A stretch of 64,000 bases of DNA, taken from contig CAVXXK010000015.1 of NCBI GenBank assembly GCA_963765675.1, positions 64,039-128,038 on the forward strand. The letters are read 5' to 3'. This DNA comes from an uncultured delta proteobacterium. Its GTDB lineage: Bacteria; Desulfobacterota; Binatia; Binatales; Binataceae. A program made the position numbers and the translations under genes. Positions 48,783 to 58,700 of this stretch are shown one piece after another. Positions within the stretch are counted from its first letter, which is position 1, and each line of letters starts with the position of its first letter. Below the pieces are notes generated by a model. That model was not told where the DNA came from and did not search any database. It saw only the letters and a list, made by a program, of their open reading frames with translations.

Positions 48783-48940
48783 ATCCTAGTGGCGGTGCTT
48801 GGGGTAACTGAGAAACAAAGGGTATTTCAGAATTCGGCTGTGGCTGCGGCGGCGGCAGCCGTTGGTGAGCGAGTATCTGCAATCCGCGACATTGTATATT
48901 TCCTGCGGCGGCGATGTGTTTCCGCGCGCCGCTTTGTATG

Positions 48941-49478
48941 CGCCTCTCCCTCCGGGAGAGGCCGCGGAGGATTTCGCTGCGCGAAGTCCTCCGCGGGTGA
49001 GGGCGGCCTACTGCAGTCCCAACGCGTCAAGGATCCGCGCGATCACCGATTCAGTTTCGGCGAGGACCTCGTTATTCCAGAAGCGAATTACCCGGTAGCC
49101 TTCGCGCTGCAGATATTTGGAACGCTCATCGTCATACGCGATATCCTCGGCGTGTTGCCCGCCATCGAGTTCGATCACGAGCATATGCTCGACTGAGCAG
49201 AAATCGGCAAAGAACGGTCCTACGGGATATTGACGGCGAAACTTCACGCCACCGAGCTTTCGTCCGCACAGGAGCTTCCAGATCTTCCGCTCCGCGTCGG
49301 TCATATCTCGGCGGAGCTTGCGCGCGGTGCTGAGCTTATCCGCGTCTGCTGGCGGATTGCGTGGACGAAGCATTTCGAATCAGGAGTTTGTGCCGGGCCG
49401 CCCTCACCCGAGCGTCACGATGCTTGCGAAAAAGCCGCAAGCATCGCGCCGCTCGCCCTCTCCCGGAGGGAGAGGGAG
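48941..49478. mobile_element. Putative DUF559 nuclease element bounded by structured inverted repeats
   Basis: 15-bp perfect IR CGGGTGAGGGCGGCC (48994-49008)/GGCCGCCCTCACCCG (49396-49410), plus outer CCTCTCCC-GGGAGAGG hairpins. Confidence 0.6.
49008..49373 (-). CDS. DUF559 (Vsr-like PD-(D/E)xK) endonuclease domain protein
   Basis: ARKLRRDMTDAE, KFRRQYP, ADF, IELDGGQH, GYRVIRFWNNEV. Confidence 0.93.
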   Translation of the reverse strand: MLRPRNPPADADKLSTARKLRRDMTDAERKIWKLLCGRKLGGVKFRRQYPVGPFFADFCSVEHMLVIELDGGQHAEDIAYDDERSKYLQREGYRVIRFWNNEVLAETESVIARILDALGLQ

Positions 49479-49516
49479 TTTCTATGCTTGCTATTCACCA
49501 CCAAGTTAGCCGTTCC

Positions 49517-50275
49517 TCAAACTTCCTCGGTGAACATCGCTTTCACCGATTCTTCCAGCTTGCGCGTCATCTCCACCCGATCGGCGCTGCGCATCCCCTC
49601 GGTCGCGATCGGCTTGCCTATGCGCATGCGCATCGTGCCGCCTGGTACTACGATCATCGCGCGGCGCGGAAAGAACAGGCCCGAGCCGCTAACCGCCATC
49701 GGCACTGCAGGCAGCTTGGTCAGGATCGCGAGCCATGCGGCGCCGTCCTCGAACTCGTGCACGCGATTGTCGTTGAAGCGATGGCCCTCAGCGAAGACGC
49801 AGATACTGTAGCCGAGCCGCGTTACCTTGATCGCGTGGCGGATTGCTTTTCCGCCTCCTTGACGATCGATCACGATGTGGCAGGAGTTATTGAGCGCGTA
49901 TCCGAGGATCGGAATCTTCAGCAGCTCTTTCTTGGCGACGAAGCGAACTGCGCCCGGCATGTAGGCGGCCACCGCGAAAATATCGAAGAAGCTCTGATGG
50001 TTACTGACCAGAATGTAGGATTTGAGTCCTGCGAGGTTTTCCAATCCTTCGATCTCGACGCGGATGCCGCTGGTTTTTATGATGAGCCATCCCCAGAGCC
50101 GCGTGAGTTGCGTCACTGGGCCGGGGCGACCGACCAGCGCGCACAGCGCAGCTATCGGCGCGAGGATCGCGGTATAGACCACGCCCATCACGGTGGCCAC
50201 GGTGCCCCAGACGATTTTGAGCGGTCCGCGTGAGGCGGCAGGTACGAAGGTGGAGGCCCGTGCGTCGTTCGCCAT
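49517..50275 (-). CDS. plsC: 1-acyl-sn-glycerol-3-phosphate acyltransferase family
   Basis: NHQSFFD, FVAKKEL, IDR, FAEGHR. Confidence 0.88.
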   Translation of the reverse strand: MANDARASTFVPAASRGPLKIVWGTVATVMGVVYTAILAPIAALCALVGRPGPVTQLTRLWGWLIIKTSGIRVEIEGLENLAGLKSYILVSNHQSFFDIFAVAAYMPGAVRFVAKKELLKIPILGYALNNSCHIVIDRQGGGKAIRHAIKVTRLGYSICVFAEGHRFNDNRVHEFEDGAAWLAILTKLPAVPMAVSGSGLFFPRRAMIVVPGGTMRMRIGKPIATEGMRSADRVEMTRKLEESVKAMFTEEV

Positions 50276-50476
50276 CGTCGGCATTATAACCATAACCGTC
50301 GCGGGTAGAGCCATCGCGAGCGTCGGCGCGGCCGGGACTCGTGCGCCTAAACGCTCGCATTCATTGGCAATTCCACCCCGGGTCGACTTAAGTTTCATTG
50401 ACTTTTTCTAATCTGGTTGCTACATGAAAATCAGTTGCCCCAATGCGTCCGCGCGGGCGATTTGAGGGAGATCTCG

Positions 50477-50662
50477 ATGGAACAACTGACCGGCCTGCAG
50501 CAATTTTTATTAATTCTGACTGAGCCCGATAACATCCCGATCATGGGGATGATGGTGCTGGTCCTGTTCTTTACCTGGATGGCGCTCAAGCAGGCGCGGC
50601 GCAACGATCAGCTTATCGAGCACGGGCATCGCGATCGGATTATCGACGAGATGCGCAAGTAG
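50477..50662 (+). CDS. Small membrane protein resembling the N-terminal extension of subunit IV-like proteins
   Basis: GAGGGAG RBS; PDNIPIMGMMVLVLFFTWMALKQARRND. Confidence 0.75.
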   Translation: MEQLTGLQQFLLILTEPDNIPIMGMMVLVLFFTWMALKQARRNDQLIEHGHRDRIIDEMRK

Positions 50663-50692
50663 CAGCGTCTCGCGCACGGAAGGGAATCGATC

Positions 50693-51166
50693 ATGCCGTT
50701 TACGATTGTCGCCGAGAATTGCACCGGATGCAGCGCGTGCGAGAAACGCTGCCCGACCGGCGCGATCTCGGGCGAGTCCAAGCGAGTTTATTTTATCGAG
50801 CCCGCGCTATGCATCGACTGCGGCGCATGCGGCGTTATCTGCCCCGACGACGCGATCATGAACAACAAGGGCGCGATGACCCACGTGCTCAAGCGCGCCG
50901 AGCGTCCGGTCGCGGTGGTCCATCCGGACAACTGCAACGGATGCGGCGTATGCGTCGACGTGTGCCCGTTCGAGTGTATCTCGCCGTCGCCGGCCAACAC
51001 CGCCAATTATCTCGGCCTGGTGCAGGTCAACGAGAAGACCTGCGTGGGCTGCCTGTTGTGTGAAGAAGTATGCGGATGGGACGGGATTTACATCATGCCG
51101 TCCGGCGAGAAGGAAGCCTTCCTGAACGAGCTCGGCTATTCGGCCGCGGGCGAGGACGCCGTTTAG
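50693..51166 (+). CDS. Polyferredoxin with four [4Fe-4S] motifs
   Basis: Four CxxCxxCxxxC motifs. Confidence 0.92.
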   Translation: MPFTIVAENCTGCSACEKRCPTGAISGESKRVYFIEPALCIDCGACGVICPDDAIMNNKGAMTHVLKRAERPVAVVHPDNCNGCGVCVDVCPFECISPSPANTANYLGLVQVNEKTCVGCLLCEEVCGWDGIYIMPSGEKEAFLNELGYSAAGEDAV

Positions 51167-51176
51167 CAGCGCGTGC

Positions 51177-51627
51177 ATGCGCAATTCTGATTGCGATCCT
51201 CTTCTGGTCTGCTTCCGTCGCCCGCGCCGAACCTGAGTCGGCGGCCACGGCCGCGCGGACCACGCTTACGGCGGAACAGGCCTGCGACACCATTCGTTTC
51301 TCTCTTCACAAGCTTGCCCACGCCGAACACGAACAGGCTTTCGCGCTGGACTTGTCCGCAGGCGAGGGTGGATCGACTCCGATGGTCGCGGCTCGGTTGT
51401 CCAAGCTGCTCCAATGCAGCAGCGACCTGCGCGACACGCTGCGCAGCGTTCGCGCGCGCACCACGCCCGGCGATCCGCGCGTCGAGGAATGCATGAAGAT
51501 GGGCTTTCATGCGCTGGCCGAGGCGGAGCGCCTCACCACCACGGTGGAAGAAGTTTTGTACGGGAACGAACCGGGCGCGCAGGTCAAATCTGACGCGATG
51601 CAGATGGCGCCCGCGCCTACGCCTTGA
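51177..51627 (+). CDS. Secreted helical hypothetical protein (probable 1-bp insertion near start)
   Basis: Removing one A at 51183-51184 gives signal peptide MRILIAILFWSASVARA-E in frame with the ORF. Confidence 0.55.
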
Positions 51628-52465
51628 TGGTGGTTTGCTTGATCGTGCTCTGCTTGACGGCGGTTTGAACTCTTCCGCGCGGCATGAAGTACGACAGGAT
51701 CGCGACCACGATCAGAATCAACTGCGCGCCGATCGATTGCACGGTAGGAAAAATCCCGAGCGCGGTAATCTGCGGGACATGATCGATAAAGGTCGCGCTC
51801 AGCATCCCCGACTCCTGCCAGCTCGCAACGCCCTGTCCGATGAACACGACTGCGAGCGCGTAGAGCATTATCGACGTGACCGAGAACACCGCGCGAAGCG
51901 GAATCTTGTAAGCGGCACGGGTCAGCACCCAGAAGATTATCGCGAGTCCGATAGAACCGGCGACGATCCCAAGCATCACGGCGTGCCGCTCAGTCGCAAG
52001 CGTCGCGCCCGCGGTCAGCGCCTGGAAGAAGACTATCGTCTCGCCGCCTTCGCGAATCACTGCAAGAAAGGCGGTCAGCCCGAGCGCGATCGATGGCGCT
52101 GCGCTGTGCCGCGCGCTCTCGACCTTGCCCCGGATAAATTTATTCCATTGGTCAGCCTGCGCTTTCGAAGTGAGCCACGAGCTGACATAGAAGAGCGTCG
52201 CCGCCGCGAGGAACTGGAACACACCCTCCAGGGTGTCGCTGGCGTCGTCACCGATAACGTGGTTCACCGCCCATGCGAGCGCGACGCTGGCGATAACCGC
52301 GAGCATCGCTCCGCCATAGACGTCGCGCGAGCGATCCTGCCCCGCGATGCTGCGGGTGCCGGCGGCCAGCGCGATGATCACGAGAATCGCCTCGAGTCCT
52401 TCGCGCAGGATGATCCCGAAGGCGTACAGAAAGTAGGGGACAGCGGTGCCGGTCAATGTGAACAT
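51617..52465 (-). CDS. FTR1/EfeU family iron permease
   Basis: Two RExxE motifs (REGLE, REGGE); multiple TM helices. Confidence 0.93.
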   Translation of the reverse strand: MFTLTGTAVPYFLYAFGIILREGLEAILVIIALAAGTRSIAGQDRSRDVYGGAMLAVIASVALAWAVNHVIGDDASDTLEGVFQFLAAATLFYVSSWLTSKAQADQWNKFIRGKVESARHSAAPSIALGLTAFLAVIREGGETIVFFQALTAGATLATERHAVMLGIVAGSIGLAIIFWVLTRAAYKIPLRAVFSVTSIMLYALAVVFIGQGVASWQESGMLSATFIDHVPQITALGIFPTVQSIGAQLILIVVAILSYFMPRGRVQTAVKQSTIKQTTIKA

Positions 52466-52479
52466 CTCGTGAAGATTAT

Positions 52480-52498
52480 GATAATGACTCTCAATTCC
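52480..52498. promoter_or_regulatory. Fur-box-like site
   Basis: GATAATGACTCTCAATTCC, 13/19 match to GATAATGATAATCATTATC, just upstream of FTR1. Confidence 0.65.
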
Positions 52499-52673
52499 AA
52501 CCTATCGGCTGTTCCCTGGATTGTCAATTGCGCCCAAGCCTCCAGCCGCTGTTCGCGCACTTGCCTTGCGGCCCTTCCAATCCGAGTGTAACGTCTGAAT
52601 TGAAGCAGGCCGCCCCGTGGCGAACGCCCGCTTCATGTGTTTTTTGGGGCGCAAACAACCTATCGGGTCCCCG

Positions 52674-53042
52674 ATGCGCTGTAATTACTGCCGAAAACGA
52701 GCCGGACTTATCCGCAGAGTATGCGCGCCCTGCGCCAAGGTGATTGCGGTGGTCGAGCGCTCGGGCGGCGAAATCGGAATCGCGGGGCTGGTAGACCTTT
52801 TTATCGCCGAGGGTCTGGAGCGCGAGCAGGTCGACGCGGTGCTCGACGCGAAGATCGGCGACCAGCCTACTATCCGCGATCGCCTGACCTCGAACCTCAC
52901 CAACGCGCTGATGCAGGGGCTCGGGATGCCCGGACGGCAGACTCCCGAGGACGTCAGGCGCGTGCGCGAGTCGATGAATTCCGGCGCGGACACAGATAGA
53001 TGGTCGAGCGGCGACACGCCGTCCGGATTCTCGCACGGGTAG
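52674..53042 (+). CDS. Hypothetical protein with N-terminal CxxC...CxxC
   Basis: MRCNYC...VCAPC. Confidence 0.7.
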   Translation: MRCNYCRKRAGLIRRVCAPCAKVIAVVERSGGEIGIAGLVDLFIAEGLEREQVDAVLDAKIGDQPTIRDRLTSNLTNALMQGLGMPGRQTPEDVRRVRESMNSGADTDRWSSGDTPSGFSHG

Positions 53043-53065
53043 CCGCGGGCGATTGCGAACGAATC

Positions 53066-53347
53066 ATGGCGGCGCAAAAGGATCGCAGCGACTTCGCGGT
53101 GATGAACCGGATGATCGATCATATCCGGCTCCTGATTGCGGTCGATGACGAAGCGATTCCGGTCAAAAAGAAGCTCGAGACGCAGGCGATTCTCAAGGAC
53201 TTCCAGGCGTTGCTGGCCGAGCCGCCTGAGTCGCAGGAGCGCGGGCGGATCAAAGCGTACTATGAAATCCTGTGCCGCGACCTTGGCGCGGAGGCGGACG
53301 TTGCCGCGCTCTTGAGCTCGCTCAAGAATTATATTCCATACCTCTAG
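53066..53347 (+). CDS. Hypothetical protein
   Basis: Operon-like spacing with flanking genes; globular composition. Confidence 0.7.
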   Translation: MAAQKDRSDFAVMNRMIDHIRLLIAVDDEAIPVKKKLETQAILKDFQALLAEPPESQERGRIKAYYEILCRDLGAEADVAALLSSLKNYIPYL

Positions 53348-53367
53348 GTGAATTTCGGGAGCATACG

Positions 53368-54261
53368 ATGGCGATAAGCACGGTGGGGATTATTGGTGCG
53401 GGGCAGATGGGCGCGGGTATCGCGCAGGTGACGGCGCAGGCGGGAATCAGCGTGGTCATGCACGACGTGACGCCGGAGCTGACCCAGCGCGGGGTCGATT
53501 CGATCACGCGCAACCTCGATCGGATGATCCAGCGCGGACGCTTCAAGCCCGAGGAGCGCGACAAAGTGATGGCGCGCGTCTCGACCTCCGCGCGGCTCGA
53601 AGACCTGGCGGCGGTTGATTTCGTGATCGAGGCGGTGATCGAAAACGAGGACGCCAAGATCGCGTTGTTACAGCGCCTCGACAAGATCTGCCCGCCCGAG
53701 GTGATCTTCGCCTCGAACACTTCATCGATTTCGATCACCCGGATGGGGGCGCGCACCAGCCGCGCCGACCGCGTGATCGGGATGCATTTCATGAATCCGG
53801 TTCCGGCGATGAAGCTGGTCGAGATTATCCGCGGCCTTGCGACCTCTGACGAAACCTTTCAGGCGACGCGCACGCTCGCCGGTCGGGTCGGCAAGATGAC
53901 GATGACCGCGCAGGATTTCCCGGGCTTTATCGTCAACCGCGTCCTGCTCCCGATGATCAATGAGGCGATCTACACGCTCTACGAGGGCGTCGGCGGCGTG
54001 ACCGATATCGATACCGCGATGAAGCTCGGCACCAATCAGCCGATGGGACCGCTCGAGCTCGCCGATCTCATCGGGCTCGACACCTGTCTCGCGATAATGG
54101 AAGTGATGCATCGCGTGCTGGGTGACGACAAATATCGGCCCTGCCCCTTGCTCAAAAAGTACGTTGATGCTGGTTATCTTGGGCGCAAAGCGGGGCGCGG
54201 GTTTTACAAATACGACACGCAGGGCAATCCGGTCGCGCCGCAAGGTCCGCAGGGCCAATGA
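53368..54261 (+). CDS. hbd: 3-hydroxybutyryl-CoA dehydrogenase
   Basis: GAGQMGAGIAQ, ASNTSS, GMHFMNPVP, PMGPLELADLIGLD, GRGFY. Confidence 0.93.
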   Translation: MAISTVGIIGAGQMGAGIAQVTAQAGISVVMHDVTPELTQRGVDSITRNLDRMIQRGRFKPEERDKVMARVSTSARLEDLAAVDFVIEAVIENEDAKIALLQRLDKICPPEVIFASNTSSISITRMGARTSRADRVIGMHFMNPVPAMKLVEIIRGLATSDETFQATRTLAGRVGKMTMTAQDFPGFIVNRVLLPMINEAIYTLYEGVGGVTDIDTAMKLGTNQPMGPLELADLIGLDTCLAIMEVMHRVLGDDKYRPCPLLKKYVDAGYLGRKAGRGFYKYDTQGNPVAPQGPQGQ

Positions 54262-54315
54262 GCGACTGCGTGAAATGCTGGCTGGCCGCTGACGGCGGCA
54301 TTCGGAGGTGAGTCT

Positions 54316-54549
54316 ATGGCGGTCAAAGCTTTCATCCTGATTGATACTTCCCCCGGCAAAGCCCGCGAGGTCGCGAGCAAGCTCAGACAGGTCGAGGGCG
54401 TTTCGGTTGCGCATGCGGTCACCGGACCGCACGACATTATCGCAATCGCAGAGGCTCACGATGTCACCGCTCTCGGCGAGCTGGTGGTGCAGAGAATTCA
54501 AAGCGTGACCGGCGTGAATCGCAGCCTCACCTCGATCGTGGCGGACTAG
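54316..54549 (+). CDS. Stand-alone Lrp/AsnC ligand-binding domain protein
   Basis: KAFILI...VTGPHDII...IQSVTGVNRSLT; GGAGG RBS. Confidence 0.9.
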   Translation: MAVKAFILIDTSPGKAREVASKLRQVEGVSVAHAVTGPHDIIAIAEAHDVTALGELVVQRIQSVTGVNRSLTSIVAD

Positions 54550-54587
54550 GCGCTGCGAGTTTAAGGGAGACAGCGGGAGATATCGCG

Positions 54588-55013
54588 ATGCCGCGCGGAG
54601 CGATGAGCCATCTGGCGCTGGTGGTGACCGACCTGGCGGCCGCAACCGCGTTCTACGACGCGGTGCTTGCCTTCATGGGCTACGCCCGGGTGCCTGTACC
54701 CGAGGCGACGCAGACTCTGATGAAGACCGTGCTGATCGCTTATTCGAGTCCGCATGGCTCGATTACGGTTCGTCCGGCAAAGCCTGAATTCGCCGCGATG
54801 AAGTTTCATCGCGAGGCAGCGGGGCTCAACCATTTCGCTTTCGCCGCAGCCTCGCGCGCGGACGTGGACGCGATGTATGAGAAGCTCAAGGAGATAGGAG
54901 CCACCGTGCTCGATCCTCCGGCTGACTACGCATATTTCCCGGAATATTACGCGGTCTACTTCACCGATCCCGACGGGATCAAATTCGAGTTCGCCTACGC
55001 ACCCGCGCTGTAG
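54588..55013 (+). CDS. VOC family protein
   Basis: SHLALVV, GLNHFAF, YYAVYFTDPDGIKFE. Confidence 0.9.
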   Translation: MPRGAMSHLALVVTDLAAATAFYDAVLAFMGYARVPVPEATQTLMKTVLIAYSSPHGSITVRPAKPEFAAMKFHREAAGLNHFAFAAASRADVDAMYEKLKEIGATVLDPPADYAYFPEYYAVYFTDPDGIKFEFAYAPAL

Positions 55014-55050
55014 CGGGCGTGCTGGGGATCAAGGCAGGAAGAAGCAGTCG

Positions 55051-55548
55051 ATGGCTGAATTACCGGTAATCAAGCGGCTCAAAAAAGATCTTGACGTGAT
55101 GAAGCGCGAGCTCACCGTGGATCTGCCCAAGGAGCTCGAGCGCGCCCGCGCCCACGGCGATTTGTCCGAGAACGCGGAATGGGCGATGGCCAAGCAGCGG
55201 CAGGAGTTCCTGCGTGCGCGGGTCAACAACATGGAAGCGCGTATCGCGGAGCTGACCACGATCGATCTCGAATCGATTCCGCACGACACGGTCGGCCTGG
55301 GCAGCCGCGTGAAACTCGAAGACCTAGACGAAGGCGGCACCGCCGAGTACGAGATCGTCGTGCCCGAAGAAGTCGACGGCGCCCAGCACAAGATCTCGTT
55401 GTCGTCGCCGCTCGGACGAGCGCTAATCGGCAAGTCCACGGACGACGATATCGAGGTAGTAACCCCCAAAGGCAAACGCTCCTATCTCGTGAAGCAGCTA
55501 ATAACGATCCACAAACTCCTCGCCGCAGAAAACTCCGGCGGCAACTGA
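55051..55548 (+). CDS. greA: Transcription elongation factor GreA family
   Basis: ARAHGDLSENAE, ISLSSPLGRALIGK. Confidence 0.92.
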   Translation: MAELPVIKRLKKDLDVMKRELTVDLPKELERARAHGDLSENAEWAMAKQRQEFLRARVNNMEARIAELTTIDLESIPHDTVGLGSRVKLEDLDEGGTAEYEIVVPEEVDGAQHKISLSSPLGRALIGKSTDDDIEVVTPKGKRSYLVKQLITIHKLLAAENSGGN

Positions 55549-55770
55549 AAGTCCTCTTTGGTCCCTCGCGCTTCGAAGGTTCGGTTGGGGGAGGGGATTA
55601 TCAGAACGGAAGTTCCGGGTTAAGAAGTAGGTTCGGATTGGCAGGCGGATGAGATGGAAGTCACCGCCGTACAACTCGCACCGGGGCTTCTCGTCACGCT
55701 GATGCGCTTGAATGCTGTCGCTAGTTCCTATTTAGTCGAGCGAATCTCGAGCTAAGGTGAGGCGACCGCA

Positions 55771-58700
55771 TTGACTGCGACATCTCGAATTCATCAACCC
55801 GGTAGAATTTTGCCCCTGTTTGCCAGCCTGCTGCTGGTGATGATGATCTTTTCCGGACGGGCCCTGGCCACGGTCGCAACGTGTAATGGCGGGACTTTGA
55901 CCTCGGGCGATGCGACCACGGATCTTCAGGTGACAGGACCCTGCGAAGTGCCGGCCGGCACGTACGTTTTCCACAGCGTGAACATCTACAGCACGAACCC
56001 CGGCGTCACCCCCGGCGGAACTCTCACCTTTGATGACGCGGTCACCAACTTTTATGCCGAGAATATCGTCATCGAGAATGGCGGCAGTCTGATCGCAGGA
56101 TCAACGACGACCCCGATCGGCACGGCCGGCGGAGCTGTGACGATTCATTTGTGGGGTGCCGCGACGGATCCTGGAGTTACCTGCGTATCCGCCAATTGTG
56201 GCGTTCCAAGTCCGATCTGGAATTCCAACCCGCGCACGATGCCGCCAATGCTGCGGCCAACTGCCGACTGCGCCTTTAATCCGCTGCCGGGCAACGTCAA
56301 TGACTGCTTCTACTCCTACGAGGCTCTCGATCCGTCGGACCAAAGCAGTAACCCCACCGCCTACTTCGGCCACAAGGTCCTGGCGTTGTCCTATGGCGGC
56401 ACAATGCAACTCTTCGGAAAGAAGGGCGCCTCCTACACCGGCCAACCAGGGGCTTGTTCAACTACCGATAATTCTTGTACCGGAACGAGTTGGGTCCGGT
56501 TGCAGGGCAGCGTAAAGCCCAATGCCACCAGCATCGTGGTCGCTGGCGCGGTGGATTGGCAGCATTACGATAATATCGTCATCACCTCGACCGATTATCT
56601 GCCCGGTCATGCTGAGCAGCTGGTTATCAGCAAACCGCCGGTGGTCACTGGCAATACGACGACCATTACGTTCACCAACGCCGCTCCCGGCGTCACCGGC
56701 CTGCAATGGCCGCATAACGGGGCGATACTCGACCTGTCCAATACAGCGTACCCGGGCATTTCACGCCTTGGGCGCAACGTCAGCTCCGCCGACACGCGCG
56801 CCGCAGTGGGATTGCTGACACATAGCATTCGCATCATTTCTGAAGGCGATACGCCACCGGTGGCGCCAGCTTACGCGACCACCTTCCCTCCGGCACCGAC
56901 CGACGGCTCGACCGGCTACTTTTTCGGCGGCCACACGATCGTTCGCCAAGGCTTTCAGAGCTACCAGGTGCAGGGCGTGGAGTTTTATCACCTGGGGCAG
57001 GGCGGCGAGATCATGCACTATCCGGTGCATTTCCACATGGCGCGGCAGACGCCCAGCGGGACGCAACCGGTGACCTTCGTCGAGGACAGTTCGGTGTGGG
57101 CCTCGATGACGCGGTGGATGGTGATCCATGCGACCCAGGGTGTGCGGCTGGCGCGTAACGTGGGCTATGAATCGATCGGGCACGGCTACTATCTGGAGGA
57201 TGGAACCGAGACCGGAAACCAACTTTACGCCAACCTGGGAGTCCTCGCGCGAGCAGCGGTGGCGAATGCTCAGAATCCGCGGCGGATCCCGGGTATCCTG
57301 AGCGCCACCGATACGAGCTGTACGAAGCACGACGCCAGCTGTGCGCAGGGCTACGACGACTTCCCTTACTACTCGGACGCGAACCATCCCGCGGTGTTCT
57401 GGATCATGAACGGGATGAACGACTTCGAGTACAACATGGCCGCCGGGGCGGCCACGTGCGGCACCTGCTACTGGTTCGTGCCCGGCGCGGTCAGCGGCCT
57501 GTCGCAAACCGAGAAATGGTACGGTTACGCCGGCGAACAATTGGGGAGCCAGCCCGGCACCCTTCCGCCCTTTAGCGATCGTGGGGGAACGACCCCGCTT
57601 GAGACTTTCCTGGGCAACTCGTGCAGCTCGGCGATGGAAGCGTTCATGGAGATCGGTAACAGCGCAGTATGCAACGGCGTCAACCAGATGGATCCGGCCA
57701 ACCTGACCTCCAAAGTCTCGACGCTGCAGATGTTACCGTCGAAGCAGGCGACGCAAAATTTTCCGGTTCCAAATCCATCGGACGACCTCTATTGGCCGAG
57801 GGTAGCCGGCGGCGGACGTCTGGCCACGCGTTGCGCGGACGCCGATATGGGCAAGACGAACCCGGACTGTACCTCGGTCCCGATGTGCAGCGATGGGACC
57901 AGGGGAAACTGCGACGTGGTCGTGCTCGACCAGTTCGTTACCAATTTTAATTGGGCGCAGAATAACTTCTCGGCGATCTGGGTGCGCCCATTCTGGTCAT
58001 TGGTGATCGACAGCGAAATCGGCGACGTGCAGGGTGGCGGGCTGAATTTCGTCACCAGCGGCGACTACAGCAAATCTTCGGTGATCAGCGGCTTCTGGGC
58101 CCTGGCGCGCAAAACCGCCTTCGTCGGTGGCAGCCAATGGCAGAATCCAAAAAGCGCTCTTTCCGATAATCCGTATGCCTCGAACGCGGGTCCTTTTAAC
58201 CCATTCGTCAGCAAGGATGGCCTTTCCAAAGGCTTGCAATGCGCGCCAGACATCAACGGTAATCCCAACAATTCATACTGTCTGTCGCAGGCCGACGGTA
58301 TCAGTATGCAGCTAACGAACTTTGGGGGCTTTCAACGCATGTTCAGCGTCTATGACGGCCCCACCTATCAGGATTCCAACGCCTTTATCAACATCCATCC
58401 GACTTTCCTGACCACGGACGGAACCGTGACCGGCAAGGTGATCGATAAAAACGGCAAATGCCAACCCAGCGACCTCACGGGCAATCCTTGCCAATTTGCC
58501 GGTTTCATGAATGGCGGCGTGTCCGGACTCCGGGCTTATCGAGTATCGGACGACGCGGCCAAGAACCGGTGCTATCTGCCCAACGCGGCAATCGGATGGA
58601 AACAGCCCAACGGATTTTATTATGCTCCAGCCTTCCACTCCACAAATCTCTTCTTCAGCGGCGTCGACATCCGCCATTTCGTCACCGAACCTCTGTTCAA

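Noticed and set aside
48460-49480. Repeat cluster as CRISPR array or classical IS
   Set aside because: Units are inverted, irregularly spaced and variable; no cas or DDE/HUH transposase gene; no target duplication identified
55549-55770. Possible riboswitch or ncRNA upstream of the G8 gene
   Set aside because: No recognisable motif or convincing stem set by eye
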